A stretch of 63,999 bases of DNA, counting the filler, from Basidiobolus ranarum (Eukaryota), in NCBI GenBank assembly GCA_040143965.1. It is 16 parts of 16 records of this genome, joined end to end, with 100 filler letters (N's around TTAATTAATTAA, not from the genome) between each part and the next. Parts side by side here need not be neighbours in the genome. Positions count along the whole stretch, not along the records: positions 48,227 to 52,133 come from JASJQH010002222.1; positions 52,234 to 56,139 come from JASJQH010002223.1; positions 56,240 to 60,143 come from JASJQH010002224.1; positions 60,244 to 63,999 come from JASJQH010002298.1; 12 more parts are not named here. One strand, 5' to 3'. Made by a program: the position numbers and the translations under genes. Positions within the stretch are counted from its first letter, which is position 1. Each line of letters opens with the position of its first letter. The notes beneath the pieces are model-generated. The model was not told where the DNA came from. It saw nothing but the letters and a program-made list of their open reading frames with translations, and did not search any database. Below, piece after piece: positions 50,814-62,302 of the stretch.

Positions 50814-52000
50814 CTAATACTGAATATATTGAACTTTTTGCGATAGTTGTTGAGGTTCATTTAACAAATAAACAAGCTCACGTGTTTCAACAGAATCCAA
50901 TAGACGAACTGTAAGTTTTCTAGCATCTCCAGTGCCTAATGCCTATATAAAAGGAACATAAATATATTAATCAGCATGCTATTGGTCCATATCATTAGCA
51001 AATCACGAACCTTGACTAATGGAAATAGCTTGGACCCGATCTCTTGCTTTCTTTCAGTCTCAGGCTTGGCATTTAAGATTGTCACTTGTTTCTCTGCTTC
51101 AGGGCTGAGGGGGAATTTTTGAACGAGAGATGCATTGGCAGAATGAGATTGAGTCTCTATTATCCCAAGAGCTTTCTTAGCTTCGTGAACCCGATTTACC
51201 AAATAATCTGGGTTCTGAAGAAGCTGAGCCCGTTCCGCTCTAGTTAAACCAAGGAGTAGTTCCGTAATATCAGCCGATCGTTCTTTTTGAATACCGGAGA
51301 TTAGTTCATTAAGCTGCTGCCTCTCTACCTCAGGGCTAAGAGCTTGTGTAGGCTCATCAAAGTCATTACTTCCTAATGATGCCCGTATCTCCAAAGCCTA
51401 TTAACGTCAAGTTAGAACATGAAGGTGATAGAACGTTCAAATGATAATTTTACCTTTTCTTCAAGAGCATTGGGGAATGAGAGAAGTAAAATAATATCAT
51501 TGACTTTCATTTTTAGTATTGCTTGATTGATTTTTCCAATTTCATTTTCTGATATAGATGCCATGTTACGAAGCTGGGAAGTAAGTCTAGTTCCCAATAT
51601 TTCGTTTCTCGTCTGGGTGGTAAAGGAGGCCAATAAAGCAGGATTCAAAATGAGACCATTATCACCACTGAATCCTCCATTACTTTCATCAATCCTACCA
51701 GAAGTAGATGAGGCAGTACCAAATGTAGCAGTAATTCTAGCTTCACGAATCTGCTTAGGCTCAGCTATACAAACTATGATAGGTTTTGATCGAATGATCC
51801 GTCCATTCATTTCGACTAACGCTTTAGCAGCATCTTCGATATTTCGGAAACTACCGAAACCAAAGCTTTTGGATTTCAAAGTGCTCTCGTTCATCATAAC
51901 ACGGGCACTATTAATATGCCCAAGGTGACGGAACTCGTAGAAAAGATCAGAGCTCATGATAGACGAATCAAGATTTTTGATATACAGATTGGATAGATAT
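50814..52000 (-). CDS. Rrm4-like RNA-binding protein fragment: one RRM plus three MLLE/PABC-like segments; 5' end disrupted or missing
   Basis: NLYIKNLD...KSFGFGSF RRM. The spliced C-terminus reads ERKQEIGSKLFPLVKALGTGDARKLTVRLLDSVETRELVYLLN. Confidence 0.75.
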
Positions 52001-52744
52001 TATCGAAGTGATATTTTTGGTTTAAGAAAATATAAGCTCGAATTCTCCATCCTTGCCATCCTCTTCCTCCCGAAGGATGGGGGCCTCCAGGCTTCCCAGG
52101 GGCCTCCGCTGCCAATGTTCCACCTTGGTAGCCNNNNNNNNNNNNNNNNNNNNNNNNNNNNNNNNNNNNNNNNNNNNTTAATTAATTAANNNNNNNNNNN
52201 NNNNNNNNNNNNNNNNNNNNNNNNNNNNNNNNNCCACCAGTTTTTTCTTACTGAAAATAAGCGAAACCCCGTGGTAATGCCTCCAAACTTCTTTCAAAAC
52301 ACACCTAACTGCTTATGGGTGTGTTGCAAAGTATTTTACTGTATAGGTTTCAATCAAGGAAGCAAGCTCACTTTGTACACATCCATTAGTATGCGAGTTT
52401 TCCTCAAATCTAGCTACAGGCTGTACAACACGTCCCAGTATACTTGATACTATATACAAGTGGCAAAACCCAATGAACAGTTGCGTCAACAGATATACAA
52501 TCGAATTCATACCTAAGCTACAAGATAGTCTTTTTTTTATGGAAATCCCAAAAATGATTAGGGTTAGTGAAGAAAAGTTGAATGAAAGATCTAGGAAACG
52601 GCACAAAAACATAAGATTCAATTGCGTAACATTTTTCCATAATGCCTTTTGGTATTTTCAGCTTTTTGGTGATCACTCTTCTGGTCAACACTGAATCGAA
52701 CCACTGGCATCATCAGTTACCTTTCTTGCACTTATCTAGGAATT

Positions 52745-53570
52745 CCTAGGCCTTAACTTTGCTTACCATTCCAATCATGTCATCCACATACAATAATGCA
52801 TTGATGCATATTTGATTGGCTAGCTGGTAGCCCCCTTTAATCCTACAGAGCTGTTCTGGTAAGTTATCTAGAAAGTCCCAAACAAAAGCAGGCTTAACAA
52901 TGATCCTTGTAGTATTTCTACCTTATTCTTGATCTCTTGTGTCAGGTTGCTATTTACAATTATACAGATCTGGCATTGATCATAAAGACAACACATTGCC
53001 ATAGTGATGTTGCATGGTATTTGTTTTTGCTGACACTTTTGCCATAGTATTGGTCTATTCTCTAAGTCAAACGCTGTGGCAATGTCCAGGAGAATAATAC
53101 TTGTATCATTGGAAGGTAGTTCCTCCATCCATTAGACAATGTGTTGGAAATTAACCAGCTGGTCCATGGTACTTCTGTTTTTCCAAAAACCACCCTGCAC
53201 AATGTCTAAGCAATCAAGTCCAACTTACTTGATATATGTTAGTACAATTTGTTCAAATAATTTGCATGGGATGGTAAGCAGTGAAATTGGTTGGTGGTTT
53301 GCTATGTTGGTTTTAATTCCCTTGCCTTTATGTAAAGGTATCAGCTATACTTGGCACCAGCTTAATTGTGCATATCCCATTTGCAGCATCAAGGTTACTA
53401 TTTCTGCAAATATAGATGCAAAGTGCTTGCTTAAGTTGGGAGTGCAGTCCAGGAATTGTAGAATTTCTCCCAGGAGACTATCTGGTCCTGCCCCCTTACT
53501 AATTGGCAGTTTTCTCCATGCCTCCTGGACCATAGCATGATAGATTGTTAGGTCCAAATTGTGAGGCTTT
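52745..53570 (-). mobile_element. Degenerate LINE reverse transcriptase
   Basis: KGAGPDS, LLDIATAFD and LQGSLLSLLLF motifs, with stops. Confidence 0.85.
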
Positions 53571-53574
53571 TATT

Positions 53575-54390
53575 TATTAAAGTATTTGGGAGTTTGTTGG
53601 GAGTGGTGTGGAGAATTAGAGGAATCACTGGTTTTTACTTATTGATTTATTGAGTAGAAAGTTGATATTTATAGTTTTGTCAAGATGTAAGCAAACAAAC
53701 ATGTAGAATATGCTAAGGAAGGTCCTAGAAACATGTGTGCAAAGTTTGGGGCTTCTAGTACAAGTTTGAAAAATCTATATATCTCAGAACTTCTAAGTTG
53801 GTAAAAAATATTTTAAGTAATTTCCAATTGAGAATAATTGAAAATATCCTAGTAAACTATAAGATAACCAGGTACTAAGCTATATATGATTCTATTGGTA
53901 TTTAGGCAATGCTAATTTCAACACTCTCTCTCAACTAAATAGTCATATAAACTAATCCTAACAAAAGTCTAAATTTCTCAAATTTCTGTCTAGCTAATGG
54001 TTTGTTAATATATCAACAATCATGTCTTCTGTAGAGCAATCAGTTAAGTCAATAATCCTATTCTCTATAGTCTCTCTAATGAAGTGATGCTTAATATCTG
54101 TATGTTTGCTTCTATTATGAAATGTGTGATTTTTGGCTAATTTGCTACAACTTTGATGATCTCAAATCATCATAATTGGTGATTTTTAGGAATAACCTAA
54201 ATCTGTTGAGAGTTTTCTTAACCATATTGCTTCTTTTGTAGCTTCAGAGACAGCCATGTATTCAGCTTCTGTTGGTGAAAGTGCTATGGTAGGTTGTTTC
54301 TATGAATTCCAAGAAATAGCTCCATCACAGCAAAGAAATAAGTATCTTGTTGTAGATCTCCTGTCTTCAATATCTCTTCCCCAATTTGGC
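53575..54390 (-). mobile_element. Copia 3' end: RNase H remnant, PPT and family 1 LTR (53575-53923)
   Basis: AISWNS*KQPTIALSPTEAEYMA, KHTDIKHHFIRE, purine tract, then TGTTGAAATTAG. Confidence 0.9.
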
Positions 54391-54902
54391 ATTAAAATTT
54401 TTAGATGGTAGACTTGGTATAGTTAAATTGCTTAGAAACAGCTTATAGTAAACCAAAATTGCCATCCATTGCCAGAATTATCTTGTAAATCCCCTGATGA
54501 CTCATCTGTGACCCTGTCTCATATTCAGCTGATCATATTGATGGGCTATACCTAAAACACCACCCTTACATAGGAAGTGCTCTTTTTTTCTACAATATCC
54601 TTCTCATGCTGCAACACAAATGTTCAAAGAAGCCCTGCTATTCTTGTCACTAATTCTTGTGCTATGAAAGCCAGAGGCTTCATAGAAAAAATAGTCACAA
54701 GCATGGTTACTGTACAAAGCCACCAGCTGCACTCAGCCAGGTGAATATCTACAGTAATAAGTGCACAAAATTGACTTTAGTTTTGCCCACTCAGTCTACT
54801 GGCTGTGCTTTGCCTGGAAGATTTGGTAACACTGCCAAAAGTCAAGATACTGTGGAGTTATCATAGTTATATGACCAGAATGATGTAGGTAGAAATGCAA
54901 CT

Positions 54903-56012
54903 TTGGCTAAACCAGTAAGTCCAGACAACTTTGCAGATATGCTGCTAGATTTTGACCTTTGTTATTCCAGTACTGATGGTAGTAAATCAGAAGTTGAAGA
55001 AGAAGACAATGGTTTTGTTATGGACTCTTTGTTATTGGCAAGCATTAGTCTACTCATAACACTTACAGTAAAGGAAGCAGCTTTGATTATTGAGGAGTGG
55101 AGAGTTCAATCCAATCTTAGCAACCAGGTGTTTATTGGTTTTCTTACACTTTTACCACAGTTGATTGGCAACTGTTGCTTGCCACAGACCTGGTACAAGT
55201 GGAAAACACTTGTCAATTGTATGACTTATAATCCTTCAGTAATTAAACTACCTTCATGTCCAAATGGTTGTTTGGCTTTCACTGGTGATCTGAAAAACCT
55301 GAAGTCATGTACTGTTTGCACACAATTGGCAATCACTGAATCAGGTAAATATTGTTCATATTTGGCTTACATACCATTGATTCCCCATCTTAAAGTTTTG
55401 ATGAAATCACCCAAATATAGATCATTGATCCAATACCAAAGTACTCACCATAAAGCTGATGGTATTACCAATATACTTGATAGATATCACTACCAGAATC
55501 TGAAAAGTCAAGGTTTCTTTCAGAACATGCGTTATCATGAATTTGCATTGGCTCTGGATGGTTTCTCACTAAACCAATATACCATTGGAAAGGCTTGCTG
55601 GCCAATACTTTTAATTAACTTAAATCTTCCTCCTTCTGAATGGTATAACCGTCATAATATTTTGATACTGTGCATCATATCTCAACCTAAATCACCAATG
55701 CCTTTAGATAGCATCTTGGAGCCTTTGATTGTGGAATTTGAATGTTTATATGATGGGATTCAGATGGGTGAATATTTTATTAAAGCTAATATCATTGTGT
55801 GTATTGGTGACTCTCCTGCCATCAGTAAACTTGGAGGTTTTTGCAGAAACAATGCATTATCATGCTGTAGATTTTGTCAAATCAATGGAGTCTACTCTAT
55901 CAGGCATTTGCATTACTACTATCCAAATACAAAACTAAACTCCATGACTTTGCTGTCAAGAGCCCAGTCAGATTTTGACATGATCACTGATATCAATTCA
56001 TCAAATAGTTAG
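54903..56012 (+). mobile_element. CACTA/EnSpm (Tnp2, Transposase_21-like) transposase, truncated
   Basis: CPNGCLAF..CTVC, YIPLIPHL, LDGF, WPILLINLNLPP, DSPAISKLGG and CRFC. Confidence 0.85.
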
Positions 56013-57357
56013 TCTAACATCAAACTTGGTATTAGCCATAAGCATAAAATTATATTGCTAAAGCCCTAACAAAATTAAAATTGATTTGTCCAGATCAGAT
56101 CCACCCTCCAAAATATCAAAACCATCAGATTGAACTTTGNNNNNNNNNNNNNNNNNNNNNNNNNNNNNNNNNNNNNNNNNNNNTTAATTAATTAANNNNN
56201 NNNNNNNNNNNNNNNNNNNNNNNNNNNNNNNNNNNNNNNTGCAGGAGTAAATAGCTACTTTTCCGAAGTCTTTCCTTTCCTATATTATAACGAAGACATT
56301 AAATAGAGCCCGCAAAAACGGATTCCGAAACACTAAAATCCCCCAAAGATAAAGCTTAATCTTAGATAAGAAATTGACCAATCAAAAGTAGATATCTAGG
56401 AGTTTGGTAACTCGATTGACTTAGATCAAGCAATATAATAATATGGAAACACACTTCGGAATCAGTTCTTCCTTTGGATTCACAAATGTTACCTTAATTC
56501 TCGATAAGAGTTTGTTGTCATATGGCCAATAATATCTGCTACAGAAACCTAATTCGTATGCATTGAGCTTTATACATACTATCAAAGCTACTCCAAGCGT
56601 CAATTAACTTTAATAGGTAGAACGATTGGCAGTAGTCATTTTAAGCATAAACGTGATTCTTTTCATATTTAATTTAAACATGAATACTATAGTAATTTTA
56701 GGCCAAGTAGATTTTTTTCTATTTTTAAAGTGTGACTAAACACCACCATTTTACTTGGATCTTGATTACAATAGACAATAAAAATAGTACGACCAAGGTG
56801 ATCATAGATCTAACGAGATGCATACCCCATAAATACTCAATGCCAATTCTAATTAAAAGTCACTAATTTTCCCATCAATCAATCTATTTACAAATGAACA
56901 TTATTATTATGAATTTAAGCTTTTCAATCAGAATTGACTTGTGAAATGCGACTACAGTTTCTATTTGCCCGTACTGAACTCTTTTTCAATACGGTTCTAA
57001 TGCCTCAACCATATCTGCAGAGGTGGCACCACATATTAGTTGAGAGGTTAACAAGATCCTTTATTTGTTCTAAGTTTGAAGGGCAAAAAAAAGTACTAAG
57101 CCGTAAGGCGCTAGAGGAGAAAGAGAACAGGCTGGGGGATTTAGTCAGGGATACAGTACAGGGAGCAGGGGAGGTGATGGCGTAACATCATACTAATTGC
57201 TGCCGGGAAGGCGGCAATCGTGGGGCCAGCAGAACCATATTTATTTAAGTGCAAATTTGTAAGGTTTGTGTGCAAAGTTTATTATCCTCATAATGCCGAC
57301 GAGGCGGCTTTGTTTGGTGAACTCGGGCTAATATTCGGATATTAGCACTAATCAGTC

Positions 57358-57906
57358 TTAAGTCCCGCCTTGAGAATAAAAGTACTGAATTGTAAGTTCG
57401 GTCAATTTTGTGGCTATTACGGGCGTAATCACGGGAAAAAGGGGAGATCGGAGTCGTTTAAAACATATAGGGCAGTCCTGGGCCTGATGATTCTTGCGCC
57501 TGAGAGCGCGGTGATTCAGGTAGCACGTGGCATGCAAAGTTTGACCACAAGGTAGTAACCATCTGCTAGAATGCATCCTGTTGCCACATACACAGCACCT
57601 TGGTGTCTCTTGCTCGTCTTCTTTGGGTTCTTCGGTAACAACAGGGATTGACTCGAGTTCGCAACTGTTGCGGCTACGGCGTCTCGTGGATGCATCTTGC
57701 AACAGTTGCAGAGTAGCAGGACGAGCTTCCTTCAAAGTGATTGTTTTTACTGGGTGCGGACTGGTATCAGTTATGGAACCAGGTGTTAAATATGAGCGGA
57801 GGGAAGCGGCTACGGATGGGACAATTATCGTCGTGCCAGTTTCATTGGTGATTACGGCTCCTCGTTCAAGGATACGTTGGTGGGCTTCAATCGTCTTTTG
57901 CCAACG
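57358..57906 (-). pseudogene. RING-finger-like coding segment without a clear start
   Basis: CCVC...LPCGQTLHATC...CPIC. Frame open about 55 codons upstream of the listed ORF, up to a TGA. Confidence 0.5.
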
Positions 57907-58361
57907 TCACATTCACCTCAGCAACTATTTAAGATAATGTCCGTTGCGTAACTGTTAATGAACGAATAAAGGGGAAAGAAGAAACTCAAAGAGTTGTAGA
58001 GAATATTGGATGCTTAAAAACTACATAGAATAGCAACAAATCCAGTTAAAATACTACATATATTATCATCACATGTTTTTACTACTAACTACGACACTAC
58101 ATTTCATCTTTAGCATCGATCGTTGATAGCCCATAAGCTGACGGTATGGTCACTATGCCAACTTTAGTACTGTCACATAGGTAATCTGTCTTAAACACAT
58201 TGGTTATGTTCTCTCCCCACTAAAATTATCCTCAGTAAGCAGAATTAAACAATGTGAAATTAAGTAAGGAATGAGTCCTAGTTGAGGTAGGACACTAGTG
58301 GAGGCCATCTCCATTGTCTTGAATTTTTAAGTAATACAGCCTAAATATAACTTCTGTGATA

Positions 58362-58729
58362 TACTATTACTATTACTAATAACTGATTCACTTTTTTCGC
58401 AAGCATTTTTTAAATGTCGATATCTCCGCATCCACTCCATCTTACAATTAGATATCTTTCTTACGACTGATTTAGAGCCCAAATATCTGTCTTCAATATT
58501 ATGAGGGTGATTCTATTAGTTAGAGTATATTGTTATTTCAACTACCATAAATTAATATAACAAAATACGAGTTTATGAGTGGTTTACTAGAAGTACTAAG
58601 TACAAATATATAGCAATAATTTGGGCTCCAATTAAGCTGTATGTTAAATGTGAAGTTAAACCAACCAATGCAAAGATATATTCATTTGAAAAATGCTTGT
58701 AAAAAGTGAATCTTGTTTGAGTAATAGTG
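58362..58729. mobile_element. MITE-like element with about 60-bp imperfect terminal inverted repeats, flanked by TA
   Basis: GATTCACTTTTTTCGCAAGCATTTTTTAAATG versus CATTTGAAAAATGCTTGTAAAAAGTGAATC. Related sequence at about 45620-45905. Confidence 0.7.
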
Positions 58730-59158
58730 TACTTCCTTACTCTTGGTTTCTGTTAACGTGTAGGCTCACTAGAATATGTACCCATCTATCTTGCCTCGGA
58801 TTTGCTAATAAGTGAAATAAATTAACACAAGAAGTGGACTAAATCGCATTCATGTTAATGTTATCCGCATAATTTAGTGACCAAAAAGCTCACATCTGAC
58901 TTCAAATAATTTTTTTTGTAAAGTTTGATATTTACAATCCAAACATTGAACCATATTGTGATTTTCTAAATGCTTTCAAACATGCGAGGAAATAAAATAA
59001 ACCATTTTTGAACTAAACTTGATAAATATTTTGAAGAGACACAAGTTCTATACCCATACAACACTTCAAAATGAGAATCCCAGTATTTCCAGTCCCCGGA
59101 ATACTTGAGCCATTGAGTCAAAGTTATATTTATGATATTTGTATTGGTTTATTTTCAG

Positions 59159-59372
59159 TAATTCTTTAGCTGAAGGAAAAACCAGAAGAGCCGAAGGTAA
59201 TACTGAATACAAGAAAGCTCAAGCTGAAGGTTATGCGCAAGGTGCTGGTGAGAAGCTGAAGGGAAATGTCAAGAACACAGTTGGCAGTGCCGTTGGAAAT
59301 GAGCAAATGGAAGCTGAGGGCAAAGCTGGCTGTGTTAAAGGCGACGCTCATATGGAAGCCAATTCCAATTAG
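59159..59372 (+). CDS. CsbD-like (UPF0337/Hmp1-like) small hydrophilic protein, 5' end unclear
   Basis: AQAEGYAQGAGEKLKGNVKNTVGSAVGNEQMEAEGKA pattern. No matching first exon found. Confidence 0.65.
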
Positions 59373-59949
59373 ATAGAGAGTCAGTTAATTATTGTAAATA
59401 AAATGAACACATATTAACATATGCCATATTATATATATATATACTGGTATTAATACAGTTTCGCCTATTAGTAATATAAATTGATATCCGCACAAAATGG
59501 TTCATAGAAATAAGAATTGTGCTTGAGTATTTTTGCATGAACTCTTATTGACCATTCAGGGTGCCAATTGAGAAAGCCTAATGAATTAATTTCTGATGAA
59601 ACTTCTGATTTGTAAATAAACCGAACAAAGTACCACATTTCTGACATTCATGTAGTGAATAGTTCATTTGACATGCATTTCTTTTGTTTACAGTATCGAC
59701 TGCTTATGATAGCATAAAGTATCAGACCCTTAAATATACTTCTCATACTTTTAAGTAAGGAAAATCAATTGCGACCATGATCATCCAAGCGGTATTTGCG
59801 GATTAGAGGCATTAGCAAGTATATTCCCATTCTACATTTTGAAATATGCATTGTTTGTAATAGTAAAGAACAGACATACAATAAAGTGATTGATTTGAAT
59901 TTTCCATATGGCGTTCTGTTTATTTACATATTGATATCGAAATCGCTCA

Positions 59950-60143
59950 TTAATTGGAATTGGCCTCCATGCGAGCATCGCCTTTAACACGCCCAGCCTT
60001 GCCCTCAGCTTCCATTTGCTCATTTCCAACGGCACTGCCAACTGTGTTCTTGACATTTCCCTTCAGTTTCTCACCAGCACCTTGCGTATAACCTTCAGCT
60101 TGAGCTTTCTTGTATTCAGCATTACCCTCAGCTCTTCTGGCTT
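59950..60143 (-). CDS. CsbD-like protein, inverted near-identical copy (5' cut by contig end)
   Basis: Reverse complement matches 59179-59372 with few substitutions and ends MEANSN*. Confidence 0.75.
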
Positions 60144-60243
60144 NNNNNNNNNNNNNNNNNNNNNNNNNNNNNNNNNNNNNNNNNNNNTTAATTAATTAAN
60201 NNNNNNNNNNNNNNNNNNNNNNNNNNNNNNNNNNNNNNNNNNN

Positions 60244-62302
60244 TACTTATTGCTACCAATTAAGCCCTCGCGTAATTTTTCCGTCAACAGGTGACTCTTT
60301 AATCCACTTATAAACTCCAGTTTCTCATCAACAGTTCCGTCCTTATTCTCTGACACCTGAGGAATGGGGTCAATTGATGTGGGCTTGGTGTTCGAAACGT
60401 ATTTTACTTGGTTTGCGGGTACATCACTTTCTTCGGTAGAGTTCATATTCGGTAGAAATAATTTCTTTCCTGGTGCTCTCTTTAGTCCATGCTTCACCCA
60501 ATATTCCTCCGATAATTTTCTAACCTGATCACATTGTTTGAAGCGAGTATGGTTTATCATATTCTCGAGGTGTGTGGATATTATAGTGCCTAGGTAGGCG
60601 CAAGCCGTACGAGCCTGATATGTAACTGGATGTGCCTCGAAGTGATGGCTGTGAAAATTTTGAATAACGAAGCAATACGTAAGATAAATTTGTGGACTAT
60701 GAAAACAGAGTACTCAATGTATATCGATGGACCACTTACCAACAGATTAGCCCCCATAACACACCATAGACTACAACACCAATACTCATGCTAGATTCGA
60801 CACCCATGTTTTTCAAATATATTAAATGAATAGGGCTCATTGCTCTCAAATGACAGTACGTCATATCAACAGGCTTACCATACGGAACTGGAAATGAATT
60901 AGCAGATTTAGAGGGTTTCGTTAGGTAGTTTGGGTGAGCAGGAAAAGGTGGTTGGAAAGGATGCACAGAGATACCATCAGATACGCCTCTAGTAGCGTGA
61001 GAACCAACTGGACCAGTGCGTAATTTGGCTTTATCCCGCATGTTCAGAGTATCGTTTGAAGTTGGCGAGCGGTCAGCCTGGAGAATTTGTGCAGTAGGTG
61101 CGCTTCTATCAACAAGATATCGGGATTTGTTGAGAAGATAAAGCTCTCTGAATTCAATTTAACAAGAGGTATCGTTAAGAATCTGGGTTGCAATAACCGA
61201 ACTGAGGTCATCAATTTATGAAACATTTACCGGGCTTGCTTTGGTATATCGGAGGCAGGAAAATGAATACCTAGATATCTTTCAACATCGGAATCTTCGT
61301 CTATTTCTTCAGCTACAATTCGTTATAAGTCAAATATAAAATCAGTAAATATTCATCACAAGATTTGGCTTTCCGTGCCTCGTTTCAAGGAGGTAAAGAA
61401 CACTCATATTATCACATAGACTCACGAAGTACAGAATGTACTTGTCAATAAAAAAGGCTTACCAATTACAACCCCGTGCCAGTCCTCGTCAAACTGATAC
61501 ATCATGACTCTATCATAACCTGTTACAGTTTTAATATATTTGACAGCTAGTGTGCACAACTCTTGGGTGTCCTTGGCTGACTCAAAGGAATGGACCAGAG
61601 AATTCATTGAAAAGAAATACTTGTCATACGCTTGATGAGAGAGAGTATTGTATTCTTCAAATTCGAGTACAATCAGATTAGGATTTCTGGTAGTCTTATG
61701 CAAGCTGCAATAGAAAGAAATCTCAAATTCAGCAGTATCATCATCTGAGCTTTCATATTCATGGTAAGTGCGACTTTGGCTTGAAGTGGAAGACTTTGAA
61801 AGAGCTAAAGGTGGAACAGGTTGGTTTTTTGAAGCAGTTGACAGAAATTTTGTAAGAATATCATGGTCATACCATATGGCGGCGGCGAATGACTATAATG
61901 GCATTGTAGCGCATCTTGATATTTTGAAGACTTCCAAAATAGAGTGGTATCTATTTGAATGACAAAACCTTCAGCACCAGTTTTAGAGGCGTCTCGAAGG
62001 GAATCAAGACGTCGCCGAAAGTTGTCACGCTGAGAGTCAGCGAGTAGCTTATTAAAGCTTCGTAATTCAAAAAAATCTTGTGGGTTTATGTGAGGGATTC
62101 CAAAGTAAGTTGGTAAATTATCACTCATATACTCGATGCGAAGGGTACTAGCCGAAATTACCATTAGCGCCCCGTGTGACTGAATTGCTCCAGGAACATG
62201 GATGGGTTCTTTTTCGCAAGGTATGAAATCATCATTATGTTTAAAATAGAATTCACTATCAACAACAGTTACAAGATCTTCTGGAAATATTTGTTTCGCC
62301 AT
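60244..62302 (-). CDS. Phytochrome photosensory module (PAS-GAF, running toward PHY), at least 4 introns, 3' truncated
   Basis: PCEKEPIHVPGAIQSHG, TGYDRVMMYQFDEDWHG, YLGIHFPASDIPKQARELY, LRAMSPIHLIYLKNMGV and LWGLICCHH after splicing. Confidence 0.95.

Noticed and set aside
3928-60243. Regularly spaced TTAATTAATTAA motif, and apparent gene clusters spanning it
   Set aside because: Artificial contig linkers. Genes on different contigs (CHAP, CAP, phytochrome) are not shown to be linked.
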